Positions 25,801 through 38,921 of a DNA stretch of 64,000 bases are shown piece by piece; positions within the stretch are counted from its first letter, which is position 1, and each line of letters opens with the position of its first letter. Both the position numbers and the translations under genes were made by a program. The notes beneath the pieces were generated by a model. The model searched no databases and was not told the origin of the DNA. It was given only the letters and a program-made list of their open reading frames with translations. The stretch is from Selaginella moellendorffii (taxonomy: Eukaryota; Plantae; Lycopodiophyta): assembly GCF_000143415.4 (NCBI RefSeq), contig NW_003314291.1:593316-657315 (forward strand), written 5' to 3'.

Positions 25801-28700
25801 ATTGCTAAAAGTATTTGAGAACATGATAAAAAGAATTATCTATATCACAAAAACTATAGGCGAATGTGAAAAGTTCTTAGCACCGCACATTGGTGATAAT
25901 GTAAATGGTGTATTCATGTCCTTTGACATTTACATAAACATATCATTGGAAGGGATCGAAGAGGGGTGGTTATTAAAGAAATCCACGAGCATGACAATTT
26001 ATGATTACCCACATAGTCAACCTTATTTCATGCGATATATGGCTTACAAGTATAACATAATTTCTAAAATCTTTCCTAAATATATAGAATCAGGCTCCAA
26101 TTCAACTATCAGACATCCAAGATTTGGATCAAGTTCCACCACCAAATAACGATGATTGAATGGTTCCCAAAATATTACATTGACCTTAAGGTAAGCAAAA
26201 AGTAACTCTACAAAAAAAAGTTGGTAACACATATTTTTTATAACAATGACTATTAGTTGTAATTTCATTTCAACTTGACGAGACGCTCATAACAAGGAGT
26301 TAAGAGGAACTCTTATTAACGACATGCCATATGATGGTAGTATATTATTCTTTGATTTTTTAATTCATTTAGCTTTTCTATAGGTTTGTCTTGTTTTTCT
26401 AATAACACATTGAGGCACTATAGGTGTCTTCATTGACTCTTGTAGTAGATTGCTGATATCTCTCACGAAAAACAATATGAACATAGACATATAGTGCTAA
26501 TTTAACCATTAGTGTTGAAAGATATAAAGGCCTTTACTCCCAATTGTGGACTTTATTCTCTTCAACTTTCCAAACAATCTTTCAAATATTGATAGGAAAG
26601 TCAAGGACTAGAACTTTCTCATACTTAACCATATGCGTGATGCATTCCTTTTGTTATAAGCACTTATATTTGAAGTTGGCCATGTCATCTTCATTTTACC
26701 GAATGACCTCAATTGTATGTATGAGCTTATAATGTGTGCAACAAAAGTTTGTTTCAAGTCGTTCTCTTCAATATATCATAAACCTTGATAGCATCGATAC
26801 TAGGGGCATCTAAGGCAAGCCTAAAAAAGTATTTTTTATCTCATTTCTAAATTTTTTAGGTTATGATGTGGACTTATCATGCCTTCTGGAGAAACACATA
26901 TGACAGGTTTCATGATAGCAACTATATGGTGCATTTTGCTTTTTTAGGATAGTTCCACAAACATCATATCCAACTTTGTGGACAAATAGATTCACAACAT
27001 ATTTTTTAGGTATTGATTTCGAACTCCATTGGTGATACAAGTCGTGGTGAAGCTCTATTGCCCACCATATAGTGTTGTGATTGATTACATAGTAGGTAGC
27101 AATTATATAGTGAAGGTAGTACGTGACTTTAGTAGGTTGATGTTTGCTATTGAAGAACATCATTTTCTTCAAACATTAATTCAAAGGATTTCATGAGCTA
27201 CCTTCAACCTCAAGGAAGTAAATTATATTTAATAAGATTCCAATACATGTTTAGTTTTATTTTATAGATCACAGTTATCTAGAGTTTTTAGAATTGGAGG
27301 CTTCATAAGTCTTTTGAAGTATGCAGAAGCTATAACTCAACAAATGCAAGGTAGATCTTCCCCACAATACTAATATAGGAGGCATAGAAATCAATATGTT
27401 GATGATGAGACAAAAGAAAAATTCCATATTTCACATTAGGTGATACAGTGATATAGTGTTTTCCAAAGGGATATTGTTCCTTATCATGAAGAAATAGTGG
27501 GTATGTATCCGTAACTCATTTTGAAATTTATTGTACTATACAATTTATTGTATTGTAATTTTTCTTGGTAATTTATATACTAAGTTTTAGTCTTGAGAAT
27601 GAGGTTTATATATTATGACAGAAAATACTCAGTTTCTTGAAATATCAATCTCAGAAATGGGGCTTCATAATCATAGTTTACTTGTAAACATAAGAGCTTC
27701 TAGAATTCTAGATTATTGTGTATACATATGCTTTATCATTCTAATGAAATCTTACTTTGCTACGCATATATTTTTTTTCTACACATACCAATTTTCTAGA
27801 GAAATAGATTGCAGGGAAATATAGACCATATTATAATGGTAAGGAATGCTGGCATATTGCCATTTTCTCTTATGTATTGCATTTTAGTCTTGGAAATGTA
27901 GATAAAGTTGATTCTTTGATGTGATATCACTTTTGAGTCTTTAAAAAAAAATTGATTTCTTTTATTATTATTCACAAATGACTCCCAAAAACTCTTATTG
28001 GGGATTCACCAAAAAAATATACCTTGGTCTTCTCATATGAGAGGATTGCAATATAGGTAGGTAACATAGTTTTTGATATGAATTAATATATAAATTATAA
28101 ATGTCATAGAAAGTTTTATAAAGTAGATTTATTGGTGTTTTCTACCTATTTCTTCATTTCTCTTACTTTAGAATGTTATTTCAAAAGTAATAAAAGCATT
28201 TTTATTAATAGTAACAGTAATTTCAACATTCCCAGATGAATAATAAGGATTATAAGTGTAATATAAAAATTGTGGTAGTGAAACAAAATTAACACTCTCA
28301 CATTCTTTTGCACTATAACTTTTACTCATAGATTTTTTTATTTTTCTTGCTTTCCATCTTCTCAAGAAAAATTTAGATGGAAAAACTTAGAAAAATCTTT
28401 TAAATGAGAGAATAGTCTGTAATTATATGACAGTTGTAAAAGTAGTTAAAATATAAAGAAATCAAATCAAAATATGACAACTATAACAATAATTATAGTA
28501 AAATAATATAGCTTTAGAAAAGATAGGTTTTCATGAACTTCATTTTTTTTAAGCAACTCAATCTATTAGAAACCTTAAACTCATGTATTCACATTTTCCA
28601 ATACTTTAAAGTTCATTAAAACCTTTATTTCTGCAATTTAGATTTCCTTTATAAAATTTCTAATTAATTATATTGACTTAAGTTAATTTCCTAAAAGTGA
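22850..28700. mobile_element. AT-rich, highly decayed tract, probably old DNA-transposon remains
   Basis: Sharp drop in GC and CpG. The minus ORF 23365-23898 has CQFW...C...MYYF...AVHVGTH.YP, a Cys/His spacing reminiscent of zinc-finger domains of MULE-like transposases. No termini found. Confidence 0.3.
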
Positions 28701-29976
28701 TATGACATAAGGGCTCACCCTTCCACAGCAGCCACAGTAGCGTCGTGGATAGTGTGGGTAACCACTTTTGGCCATATAAAGTGATTACATTGAAAGTTAA
28801 ATTCTGATTAAACAGGTCGGAATGGCCGCCGGAATCTCTTTTTCGTGATCCGTACAGTCAATTTCCGCATATTTGGCAGCAAGCAGCGGGGGATTGGAGG
28901 AAGTGACAGAGGGAGGATTTCAATCCCAGCAAGGCCACGAATTGGAGCTGCTACGAGCAGAAGCTTGAGCTGAAGCCCGCAAGAAAATCACCGACCAGGC
29001 AGAGGAGACAGAAACCCTGCACATTTCCCTGCACGAATCCGGATCCCCTTTGATCCAAACATTGCTGCCTGGGAAATCCAAGACTCACCGAATCCAGAAG
29101 ATCGATTGAGCTCCAGCAACAGCCGCAGTACCAGCTCCAAGGCCGCGATATCGAGGCGTGAGGCGGGCCTTCCTGTACCGGAATAGGTTCGGCGAGCCAG
29201 AATATTCACTACCGGCAGCTTAATATAATCATAATTCATTAGCTTAATACTTTCCCTAGCCAGGATAAATATTTCCTGAGGAGGAAGAAGAAGAAAACTC
29301 GGCTCCAATTCATCCGTTTTTTGTTTTTTGTGCTTGACGACCGTGATGCAGCCCAGAGGGATGTACCCTCTTGCAGTAGGTGTACCGATCCACCTAGAGC
29401 CGCACTGGATCAAAAGGAAAAAAAAAATCCAATCAGAAAGCAGAGGGTTGTGTAACTTGTGTTGGTGATCTGTCCGTTTCTGTCCTCTTTTGTTTTTTTT
29501 TTTCCGTTCGAGCACCGAAACATGAAGTCAAAAGCCTGTGACCAGCACACTCGTTCGCTCGATTGAAAGCTTTTGTGGTCAATAAGGGAAGCTGCTGTTC
29601 TTGTCTGTTCCTGGATCTTTGAATGTCACATCCGAGTTTGGTTTGCAAGAATGGCCCCGCAGAATGACCGATTAGGAAATTGGGTCATGGAATCGATGGA
29701 TCGAGGTTTTGGTTGATGTCAGCCACAGACGTTTTCTTTATGGGATTCGAACCCCGCTGAAATGCATGAACGGGCTGAGAAGTGGCGGAATCGGACGGTC
29801 GGAGCGGAATGCGGGCTTCGATTCTCCTGAGTCAAGGTTCTTGAAGGGATTTTTTTTACAAGCAACTGTAAAGCCGGCATTATTGCACAGTTCTACGCGC
29901 CATACTGTTGAAATGAAGGAGCGGCAGGACTTCGGGGCTTCAAGTCTGCACACAGGCACAGCGAGCGCCTTGGATC

Positions 29977-31823
29977 ATGAAGATGAAGATGCGAGTTCGA
30001 GGTATTTTGGTATACTGTTGTTTGGCGATCATACCATTTCTAGCAGCATTCCCTATAAACAGCAGCCAGCCTCTAGTGTTTTTCAACAATCCTGGCTCCA
30101 GCTTCCTGGAGAAGCAAGATATATATGTTGCTACCTTTTACAGGACTGGCTTCTTTGACTCGCCACTCTCTCAGTACAATCTGGGTTTTGCGAATTCTAC
30201 ACCCGGTCGGTACACGCTTGCTTTGGCAATGCATGCGGATTTAGGGAGTCCTCCGAATGTGAATGAGTATTCAGGGCCTTCGTATACGAGTAGATTGATC
30301 TGGGAAGCCAACCGAGATGATCTAGTTGGGTTCAATGCCAGTCTCACCCTTGAAGCTGATGGGGATCTTGTGCTCCGAGACACAGATGGAAGATTTGTGT
30401 GGTCAACTGATACAGCCAACAAAGCCAACCCATGCTGAAATTCTGCCAACAGGTAATTTTGTAGTCAGATCCAACAACACCATCTTGTGGCAAAGTTTTG
30501 ATCATCCAAGTGACACTCTCATGGTGACACAGATTTTCAAACCAGGAATGAAGCTGCAAAGTCGAATGAGCCTGAGTAATTCATCTTTGGGAGTTTACTC
30601 GCTGGTCATGGAACCTGGTGGACTAGTCCTGTATAACAACTTTTTGGGCTCTCAAGAACCGTACTGGGTCAGGAGCTAACAGGATACACTCAGTGGTGCA
30701 CTTCGTACCTGTGATTGTCTTGCTGCAGTTCTCCATGGAAACGGACCTGGACTATTTCTCGATCTGGGGCTGACCAACGTTTCTGCGGCTGCCAACGTGA
30801 AGTCCCAAACTTACAGCTTAAATACAACACGCACTTTGCGATTGAAGAACTCCAACACTGTGAATCAATCCTTTATGCGACTTGAACCTGATGGAAATCT
30901 GCGGGCTTACACGCTAGGGTCCATGTATCGGTGGGAGGATCCGCCTTACCAGCTGTTCGATGACTCCTGCTCGCTACCTCAGAAGTGCCAGCCTTTTGGG
31001 ATTTGTTCCAACGGGGATTGTGTAGGATATTTAAAACCAGACAGCACAAAAGCAGCTTGGAGTAACACATGCACTGCTCCTCGGGTTGACTCTTGTACAG
31101 ACGTTCAGTCTCTCGATTTTCTTTCGGTCTCAGTTGCAGAGTATTTTTCCAGCAGGTACTTGAATTCTTCAGTCACAAGTTTCGAGGATTGCAAGAGCAG
31201 GTGCTTGCAGAACTGCTCCTGTTCAGCTTTCTTCTATTGGAACAAGTCTAGCTCGTGCTTCATGACCAATAATGTCAACACTCTCCAGACAGTTTCCAAT
31301 CAAAGTCATGTTGCATACATCAAGGCAATAGTAGTTGAACAAGGCAGTTCTGGTCTCTCAGCTGGTGCTATTGCTGGAACAGTGGTTGGCAGCTTGTTCC
31401 TGATGCTGGTATGCGGTGATATTCTTCATCAAGAAGAGGAGACAGATTCAGGCTGTTGAATATGACAGTGACACCTTTCTTGAATCCATAAAGAACTTGC
31501 AGCAAGTCCTAGGTACCGGTGGTTTTGGTGGTGTGTACGAAGGTGTCCTGCCCGATGGTAGGAAAGTTGCTGTGAAGCAACTGGAAAGTACAGGACAGGG
31601 GAAGAAGGAATTCTATGCGGAAGTTTCCATCCTAGGGACAATTCATCACTGGAATCTGGTGAAACTGCTTGGTTTTTGCTCAGAGGGCCTAAACAAGCTT
31701 CTGGTTTATGAGCACATGGAGAATAGTTCTTTGGACAAGTGGATCTATCAAGATTGTGTCGAATAGAAGGTGCTGAACTGGGAATAGAGAATGGAAATTA
31801 TGCTGAGGATGGCTAGGGGTTTG
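29977..31823 (+). pseudogene. G-type (bulb) lectin S-receptor-like kinase pseudogene
   Basis: Signal peptide, IWEANR, GDLVLRD, LWQSFDHPSDTL, EGF/PAN cysteines (CLQNCSC), TM, LGTGGFGGVY, VAVKQL, HHWNLVKLLGFC. Frameshifts at about 30430 and 31410, stops at 30677, 31764 and about 31785, and truncation after MARGL. Confidence 0.9.
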
Positions 31824-32385
31824 GACACCGGATGAACACAATTGTGTTCAGGACAATCTCTACATTTCGTAAATATGTCAAATGAGTAAATTTGGACATT
31901 TTTCATAAATAGCATTTAGAACCAAAATGAGACTAACACAAAGGGCATGATAGTGAGGGTGTTTGAAAGACATGGTAAACTATCATCCAACGATATTGAG
32001 GGACTAATTTCAATACGTAAGGGTTTTTGTCACTAGCTAGTGCAAGATATAACGAAACGGGAACTCCTTACCGGGTTAAATATACTTATCTAATAACATG
32101 TAGGAATTCCGTCCTTATGCTCATCCGGTCTAAGTACGCTCAAAATTCTCAATTAACTTCACTAGCACAAAAGGGATTAATAAAGGGTCTAGCAATATCG
32201 ACCTTCTATTGTCCTGGTAGTAAAGAAAGAGTGTCCGTAAGGACTGGCCGACAAGTAACTTTTGATACGAAGTGCTGAAGTTAGTCTACCTATACTAGCC
32301 TAAGTTCAAAGATCAATAAATGGACAATATCAAAATCATAGACAATGATATCTCAGAGACTTAATTATCAATGAATAAATCTTAG

Positions 32386-34026
32386 TGTGAGACACAAAAT
32401 CCCTAAGCCCCAAAGTGGAGCCAAAAGAGTGCCATGTGATAGTGGCCAAAGCGAAAGCCAAACAAGTGTACCACGTTTGGACTAAAAGCTCCGACTTGAA
32501 AGGTCGAGAGCGGTGGAACTCCCAACAAAGTGCTCGAGGAACGAGCACAAAGCGAGCAATAAGCAAGGCTCCAAAAAGGGACCCAAAAGGACCAACACAT
32601 GACACATGGAAGTGTTCGAGATGGACTCGAGTTGGAGTCTGAGATAGACCCGAGCTGGAGTCCAAGATGGACCCGAGTTGGAGTCCGAGATGGACCCGAG
32701 CTGGAGTCCGAGATGGACCCGAGCTGGAATCCGAGATGGACCCGAGTTGGAGTCCGAGATGGACCCGAGATGGAGTCCGAGATGGAGTCCAAGATGGACC
32801 CGAGATGGAGTCCAAGATGGAATCCAAGATGGAGTTCGAGATGGACCCGAGATGGAGTCCGAGATGGACCCGAGATGGAGTCCGAGATGGAATCCGAGAT
32901 GGAGTCCGAGAAGGACCTGAGATGGAGTCTGAGGTCGAGACCGAGACTGGGACTGAGACCGAGATTTGGACCGAGATCGAGACCGAGGCCAAGCCCCAGT
33001 CTGAGTCCGAGTCTGAGTTCAAGTTTGAGAGGGTGAAAGCCCAAAGTGTTCGTCTCCCAGACCTTGGGGAGTTTGGTGAGCTCCAAAAGTATAGTAAAGG
33101 GGAGGACTGCAGTGGAGCCAGTTTGGCCAAGAAAGGCCAGTTTGGCCCAAGAAGGTTGTACCTAGTGTTGGGTGATGAGTTGCCCACTAGGAATTCCAAG
33201 ACTACAATGAACATGGATTGACAAGTGGGGTAGTTTGGTGAAGTGTTCAAGAGCCAACTCTAGTTCCCTCGGGAGATCGACTGGCCGATGCTCCCAGTCT
33301 AAGTGTGGGTGGCACTACCTACTTGGATACCTGAAGTGGCTCAATGGAACCTCGCTCTAAGCTCATGGCTAGAGCACCCAAAGGCGGAAGGTGAGGAGAG
33401 TACCTATGAGGCCCGCGTAGGGCCATGGTGTTCCGAGATGTTATCCCAAAGGCCCAGACTGTGGAAAGGAAGAGGAGTAGTCCTCTGGTGTAGTGACCAA
33501 AGATACAATCGGGTGGTGAGGAAGTCCCAAAGGACTGTGGGACTTAGTGGTCAGGCCTGTGGGCCTCGATCCAGTGGCAGTGTTGGCGAATACGGCCATG
33601 GGTAGAAAGGGACTTGGTGGAGACCAGAAAAGGGATGTTGGGGAAGGTTATTCCCCATGTCTGTGGGCATCCTAAGGATGCTAAGGGGTGGATCTGGGAT
33701 GATCACTCATGGACGGATGACCCAGTTTTTGAGGGACGGGACTGTAATGTAGGTGGTGTCAAACCACCGGTGTGACCAAGATAAATGGGTATGGCCTTAG
33801 TGTAATGGGCCGATATGTCGGTGGTACCTTGGGGTGTTAGTCATGGGATTGGACATGTGGAGCACTTGGACCAAGTGCAATGGTTGAGTGGCATGGATGC
33901 CATTCTTGGGGCTAACAAGTCCCTAAGTCTAAAATAGGACTTATGGAGGTTGTGAGTGAGACTCCTCCAAGTGGTCGGAGGTGTGGTTAAATGACTAAAG
34001 TAGAATGGAAAATTTAGTTGCTTACA
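32386..34026 (+). mobile_element. Solo LTR (1641 bp) of the family of elements A/B
   Basis: TGTGAGACAC...GCTTACA termini, flanked by 5-bp TSD CTTAG (32381-32385 and 34027-34031); colinear with the LTRs at 38922-40633 and 44736-46539. Confidence 0.93.
32620..33020. repeat. LTR minisatellite: (GATGGAGTCCGA / GATGGACCCGA)n grading into hexamers
   Basis: Visible 11-12-mer and 6-mer arrays. The same array occurs at about 38660-38921, 39920-40400, 45735-46310 and 46540-46925. Confidence 0.95.
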
Positions 34027-37000
34027 CTTAGATGAGAACACAAAAGTATTCCAAGTAAGTTATCATCTGATAAACCAATATTACAGTATAAGAACCATTA
34101 AGATCATTATTTTTGGAAATATAAGATTCACCATCCAACAAAATTCAATAGCTAGTGTATTATCAAGGACACTTAATGACAAAACATAACTATCAAAGAT
34201 TACAGACAGAATGCCAAACAATTTATGAAAGATAACTCAAAGAACATAAAGTATCATTAACTGATAAGCATAATGCTCATGAATGTATCACCCAAAGGAA
34301 ATAACATCATAATCTATCAAAACCAATTTGAGCAATAATCAATAAAACAGAATGAATATGGTAAGACCAATAAACACTTAGTCTGCTAACCATCGCACTA
34401 GCCAATTTGAATAGATCCCGATCAACAATATGAAGGAACTCAAGTTTGCTTAAGCAAGTGTTAGCAACATTTTATTGATGTCTCAAACCCAAGAGACCAA
34501 TTTAAAGTAGACCACAAAGAACATGTGGTGTTGCGAAAAGCTATAAGCTATCAAAGAGAACAACTAACTAACATAAAAGATCATTAATCATCCCATCAAA
34601 AAAAGATATGTATAATCATCGTCAAAGAAGAAATTCCCTATCCTGAAGAATAGCAAATCATTCGATATCAACAACAATCAAGCAAAACTTTTTGACAAGG
34701 ATAATCAACTATTCTAGATAATAGTCAATTATCACCAATGACTGCTAAATGCAAAAGTCAACTTCAATATCGAAGCTAATAAGCCAAAATGCCTTCCCCA
34801 ACAACTTCTAACAGATGGAACAATGAACATAAGACCCAAAGAACCAAAAGCTCAAAAAAGTATATAGTTAAGTCTTGCTTAACAATGATCACGAGTTTCA
34901 CATAAACCAACTTCAATGCTAACGAAGAAGTCATAGTATAACCCACAATCCTCTCCTCAACACATCTATAAGCTAAACTTCATAATGCTAAAGCTAATGA
35001 AGAACATGTCTATATCAATCCAAAAGTTAAGTATAACGAAGCTATGCTCAACAAATGATCACCAAACGATCCTCCATGAATCCATCTATAGTAAGACATA
35101 ACTCACTTCATAACAAGCACAAGAAGAATCATTAATGATCGATATACTCCAACTCAAATCTAATAAAGATTCAAACATTTCAATATAAATCACAAACTCT
35201 TCCTCTCGTAAAGTTAACATAGTCCACGACTAAATCATTTTTCAAAGAAAAGCTCAAAACTCAACCCCTACTAAACAATCTTGTCTAGAATACAACTAAT
35301 TCAAACTTACCACTTAGTTCATTTGAACATTAACAAAGTTGTTAACTAGCAATGCATGAATGTCAATAACATAAAGCCATAGCCAAATCATTAACACTAT
35401 CTTCATCGAGACTAATGAAACTCAATATCAATTCTACAGAGAGATATTTCATCTCACTTGAATCTCAACATCAATATTGTCAATGATAAAGTATTACTTT
35501 AATGCCATCAACACCAAGACAAAGCTAGAAGAAAGCAAGAGTGAATAATCACTCAAAGCTCTTCAGCAATCAAGCTAACCAAAGTCAAAGATACCCTAGT
35601 TAGTATTTGAGAACAGTTCTTCAACATTATTCAGCTACAGATAACATTTCATCAAAGAGTGAATCACCACATCCAAGACTCAAAGAAATCCAACACTACG
35701 AACTAAATGCAACCAAATGATATTGATAGGCATAGAGTCAACATATTAACATAGAAAACCCATGTACGTCTAACGACACAATCTTCCGCAACACCATTCG
35801 GTAAAGCAAATCCATCATTGCTAAATCTTCATTAAATGAAGCAAGTGTCAAAAGTCGTTGACAAAGTCTACAAGCAATCATTAATCGCAAAGCAACCAAC
35901 AACCACTCTTCAACTTGCCTTCACAAAACTTGAACACTAAACTCATGCCATCGAATTATATACTTATCTAACATAAACATAACATCCCTAACATGAGATA
36001 ACGATTCATGGACAAACACGAACTAAATGACTACTCGAATCCAACTCAACTACAATAAACTCACCAACACATCTAGCCAATAGCTCTGAACATGCCTTGA
36101 AGAGACTAGCTATGCATGATCAACACTCAATCGAAACTAAAGTGAAAACCATGAGATGGACTTATATTGGTACACAACCTCCTGATAGATAAGCTATAGT
36201 ATGGGTACCAACATCTCAACCTCAAACAACTAAGTTGGACATCACCATCCTCAACCAAGGCACAGGGCTATTAAGACTAAATCAAGATTAGCAAGAGCTT
36301 ACTACTCTCATAAAGTCTAATGAAATACAAAGTGCAATGTACCACCAAGCATAACGTTATAGAAGAAAGGCACAAGAGTCACCCTTCTTAGAAAAGCGTA
36401 ATGGCCACTTTTCTACACCAACTCCAGACTCTATTTAACTCAATTGCCTTAGCTCCAAAAGTCAGCATCCTTTTCAGGTCACATTATACAAACTAACTAC
36501 TAAAATCTAAGCCAACTTCCAACCCTTTCACTAGTTTGTACTAGTTTATGAAAATAGAATGATTTTTTAGCAAAATGATCAATAGATCAGCTATTGGAAA
36601 AGCCTCAGAAAATTTGTGGAAAATTTTCCATCTTAGAAAAAGAATGATTTTCAGTCTAGGAATGTAAACTTTCAAAACTCAACCAACTTCTATCTACTAA
36701 TAACTTTATACCTTAACACAAATTCTCAAGATCCAACAATATATTTAAACATTGACATCTTTGCTCATATATCTGACGTCCAACGCTGACATCCGCAAAA
36801 TGCAAAGTGAACATCCAAGGCTTGATCATGAAGACCACATCTTCAGATATCCATATTGCATTAACACTTTTCTTCAATCACTTTCAAGATCCAATGTGAA
36901 GCCATAACACTAACAAATAAAATGACATGGAAAATCAAGCTCTAAGGAAAATTCCTCATCACTTAACATAACAATGCCACTTTCACTAACATAAGTGGTA

Positions 37001-37485
37001 GCGATGTCAATACTTCAATTACACATCTTTTCCATCCAATAATTTACTCAAGTGTTAACGGATCAACTGACAAGCTATAGCAAGTGAATATTATAACCCT
37101 TTCTAACACCTCAATGGGCAATCTCTCGAGGAAGCAAGGTACCAACTTAAGCTTAGTATAATGGATCACTATCAAGAATTTAGTCAAAGCTACTTCGTGC
37201 AAGTAGACTAGCTTCACCATCAACCACTTTAGGGTTGATCATCGTCTAACCAAGCAACTTTGTAAACACATTACTCATTTCACATGGATATGATATAAAA
37301 TCATAATGAGTTGATCATCAATTGAGTAACACCACAAGTAATGCACATATCACTACTACAAAGGTTTATGTGAGTATCAAGTGTCAACTCGATTTGACAA
37401 AATACAACATAAATGCCACACTCCACCGAAAGAGACTTACAACACCCAACACCACTAACTTTTGTTCACAACACGGACAAACTCA

Positions 37486-38198
37486 TGTAGCGCATGTGAT
37501 CATGGGATGAGATTTGGATATACTGTCACCGTGGATCCTTGAAACCTTGGGGGATAAATGGGGATAAAATAGCCACTAAGGGCTCTCTCATCAAGCAATT
37601 GCCCCTTTTCCAGTTGGCTTAAGGGGAGAGAGATAAAGTGCGTTACAGTTGGTATCAGAGCAAATGGCACAGGTTCGATTCCCATTAATTAGTGGCTACT
37701 TAAAAGTATAATATACCCTTGAGCAAGGTATATTCCTACCCCTAAAAATTTGAAATTGTACGTATTGGGCATCCATGCGTACGTCCTTCCTCTTGTGTGG
37801 AGTATCCATGGACGAAGGTATCTACCGTGGGACTACGGTACGGGTGGATGACTAGTTGCCTCACATGGAATAACTGGTCTACACAATGGAAGGATTGGTA
37901 GATTGAGTGTGGAAATGGAGGTGCTGGTTCCCCTTGGCTCAGTAGGGGTTGCTAGTCAATAGTCAATGAGGACATTGACATCTCTGAAGGGGGGTGAGTG
38001 TAGCGCATGTGATCATGGGATGAGATTTGGATATATTGTCACCGTGGATCCTTAGAACCTTGGGGGATAAATGGGGATAAAATAGCCACTAAGGGCTCTC
38101 TCATCAAGCAATTGCCCCTTTTCCAATTGACTTAAGGGGAGAGAGATAAGGTGCGCTACAACACCATAGGATAAAGGGTCAAAACCACGTGCGCTACA
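37486..38198 (+). mobile_element. TRIM (terminal-repeat retrotransposon in miniature)
   Basis: 162-bp direct repeats 37486-37647 and 37999-38160 (TGTAGCGCA...TGCGYTACA), PBS TGGTATCAGAGC at 37650-37661, PPT GAAGGGGGGTGAG, non-coding interior, TSD ACTCA at 37481-37485 and 38199-38203. Confidence 0.92.
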
Positions 38199-38921
38199 AC
38201 TCATGCCACTTTCGTTTTGACCAAACTCAAAACTAATCCAACACCAAACTATTCAAAAAGCAATAGCAAAGTTCTTCGAAAAAGAATTAAGCATTGTAAC
38301 CCAAGCCTTCCAATACCAAGCCTAAACAAAATGGTTTAGCTCTTCATTGTTATCTATCCCATAACTCACCACTTGTAAAACCATCATTTCCAATATGCAT
38401 CAAAGTAGGGACTCTTGATTACATGATTGTGAGACACAAAATCCCTAGGCCCCAAAGTGGAGCTGGAGGGGCGCCACGTGGTAGTGGCCGAAGCGAAAGC
38501 CAAACAAGCGTAACACGTTTGGACTAAAAGCTCCGCCTTGAAAGGTCGAGAGCGGGAGTGGAACTCCCAACGAAGTGCTCGAGGAACAAGCACAGAGAGA
38601 GCAATAAGCGAGGCTCCAAAAAGGGACCCAAAAGGACCAACACATGACATGTGGAAGTGTCCGAGATGGACCCGAGTTGGAGTCCGAAGTGGAGTCCGAG
38701 AAGGACCCCGAGATAGAGTCCGAGGTGGAGTTCGAGGTGGACCCGAGATGGACCCAAGATGGAGTCCGAGATGGACCCGAGATGGAGTCTGAGATGGAGT
38801 CTGAGATGGACCCGAGATGGAGTCCGAGATGGAGTCCGAGATGGACCCGAGATGGGACCCGAGATGGACCCGAGATGGAGTCCGAGATGGAGTCTGAGAT
38901 GGACCCGAGATGGAGTCCGAG

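Larger units (their letters stand above)
31833..38427 (+). mobile_element. Very old decayed element, probably LTR-retrotransposon internal sequence, hosting later insertions
   Basis: A/C-rich, G-poor stretch without ORFs. About 37040-37090 resembles an eroded integrase YPQxNGQxE motif. Interrupted by TSD-flanked insertions at 32386 and 37486. Confidence 0.35.

Noticed and set aside
28900-29950. Short ORFs and splice-like signals upstream of the lectin kinase
   Set aside because: No coherent reading frame or recognisable motif could be assembled.
37486-38198. Cassandra or retrozyme identity for the TRIM
   Set aside because: No 5S rRNA-like segment in the LTRs and no hammerhead core (CTGANGA...GAAA with stems) seen.
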